64,000 bases of DNA from a virus, in IMG/VR virus record IMGVR_UViG_3300047510_002627, positions 56,752 to 120,751 of that record; one strand, written 5' to 3'. Position numbers and translations under genes: made by a program. This document shows, piece after piece, positions 62,872 through 64,000 of this stretch. A model generated the notes under the pieces. The model was not told where the DNA came from, did no database searches, and saw only the letters and a program-made list of their open reading frames with translations. How positions within the stretch are numbered: position 1 is the stretch's first letter; each line of letters opens with the position of its first letter.

Positions 62872-63834
62872 ATGAAACTTAAAAATCTTATTGCTATGGG
62901 TCTGGTTGCTGCTCCTGTTGCAGCACTTGCTGGATCTCCTCTGAATGGTGCTGGTGCCACCTTCCCTGCACCGATCTACCAACGTTGGTTCCAAGATTAT
63001 GCACGAACTTCTGGGAGTAGGGTTAATTATCAGTCCGTTGGTTCTGGTGCTGGTGTTCGTCAATTTGTCGCAGGAACTGTCGATTTCGGTGCCTCTGATG
63101 AACCTATCTCGTCAAAAGAGGCGGCTAAAGTAAAACGTGGTGTCGTTCAAATTCCGATGGTGGGTGGAACGATTGCCGTTGCTTACAACAAACCTGGATG
63201 CACTCTGAAACTCACGCAGAAGCAAACTGTTGATGTGTTTGCTGGACGTATTAAGGATTGGAAGCAAGTTGGATGTGCTGCTGGACCGATGAAAGTTGTT
63301 TATCGTTCTGATGGTTCTGGAACTACTTTTGCTTTCACTAATTCCCTTGATGCCTTTGGCGGTTGGGGTCCTGGTGTAGGCAAATCTGTCAAGTGGCCTG
63401 TTGGTATTGGTGGCAAAGGCAACGAAGGAGTTGCTGGAACTGTCAAGAACACCCCAGGTTCCATTGGTTATGTGAACACTGGATTTATTAAAGCAAATAA
63501 ACTCCAAGCAGCAGCAATTCAAAATAAAGCAGGTAAGTTCGTTCTTCCTTCTGCTACTTCTGGTGCTGCCGCTTTGAATAATATTACTCTGGATGCTAAT
63601 CTTTCTGGAGAAAATCCCAACCCTTCAGGAGTAACTGCTTATCCTATCTCAACTCTTACTTGGATTCTTGCATATAAAACTGGAAACGGAGAAAAAGCGG
63701 ATGATATTCGTTCTGCTTTGAATTATGCTTTAAGTACTAAGGCACAGAGTATTGCTGATGATTTGGGTTATGTTCCTCTAAGTGGATCTATTCTTAATCG
63801 AGCAAGACTTGCGGTTAATCGTATCGGAAAATGA
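62872..63834 (+). CDS. pstS: Periplasmic phosphate-binding protein PstS
   Basis: GAGATFP, YQSVGSGAG, DFGASD, RSDGSGTT, GKGNEGV, YPI. Confidence 0.97.
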   Translation: MKLKNLIAMGLVAAPVAALAGSPLNGAGATFPAPIYQRWFQDYARTSGSRVNYQSVGSGAGVRQFVAGTVDFGASDEPISSKEAAKVKRGVVQIPMVGGTIAVAYNKPGCTLKLTQKQTVDVFAGRIKDWKQVGCAAGPMKVVYRSDGSGTTFAFTNSLDAFGGWGPGVGKSVKWPVGIGGKGNEGVAGTVKNTPGSIGYVNTGFIKANKLQAAAIQNKAGKFVLPSATSGAAALNNITLDANLSGENPNPSGVTAYPISTLTWILAYKTGNGEKADDIRSALNYALSTKAQSIADDLGYVPLSGSILNRARLAVNRIGK

Positions 63835-63841
63835 TTATGTT

Positions 63842-63869
63842 CCTCCCCTTCTCTGGGGAGGTTTTTTTT
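63842..63869 (+). terminator. Terminator after pstS
   Basis: CCTCCCC..GGGGAGG+T-run. Confidence 0.8.
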
Positions 63870-63899
63870 ATTTACTACATAAAATAGATTACTTTTTAA

Positions 63900-64000
<101 letters not shown>

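Overview
This 64-kb window comes from an AT-rich T4-like cyanophage (cyanomyovirus/Kyanoviridae-type), and essentially all genes are on the + strand. In order it contains: (1) the end of tail gene 3 and the replication/recombination core (uvsY, uvsW, gp55, gp47/46, a VWA-peptidase + CobS-like AAA+ pair, gp45/44/62, regA, hsp20, gp43, uvsX, gp41, mazG); (2) a late-promoter island of probable virion/internal-head proteins; (3) primase, nrdA/nrdB, a GIY-YIG nuclease, a secreted lysozyme-like protein and a CpeT-like lyase; (4) seven tRNAs interleaved with at least three highly structured non-tRNA RNAs and three palindromic sigma70 promoters; (5) small ORFs and gnd; (6) a ~15-kb glycosylation island (carbamoyltransferase, gmd, fcl-like, ColD-like dehydratase, 11 glycosyltransferases, 2 FkbM methyltransferases); and (7) a cyanobacterial porin and pstS. 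The best candidates for undescribed biology are the ncRNA array in the tRNA cluster (notably a ~188-nt RNA with tRNA-like ends), a probable GDP-colitose/fucose glycan pathway, T4 capsid-targeting-signal proteins, and a divergent antisense promoter beside gp55. All calls come from motif recognition by eye; no database search or folding program was run.
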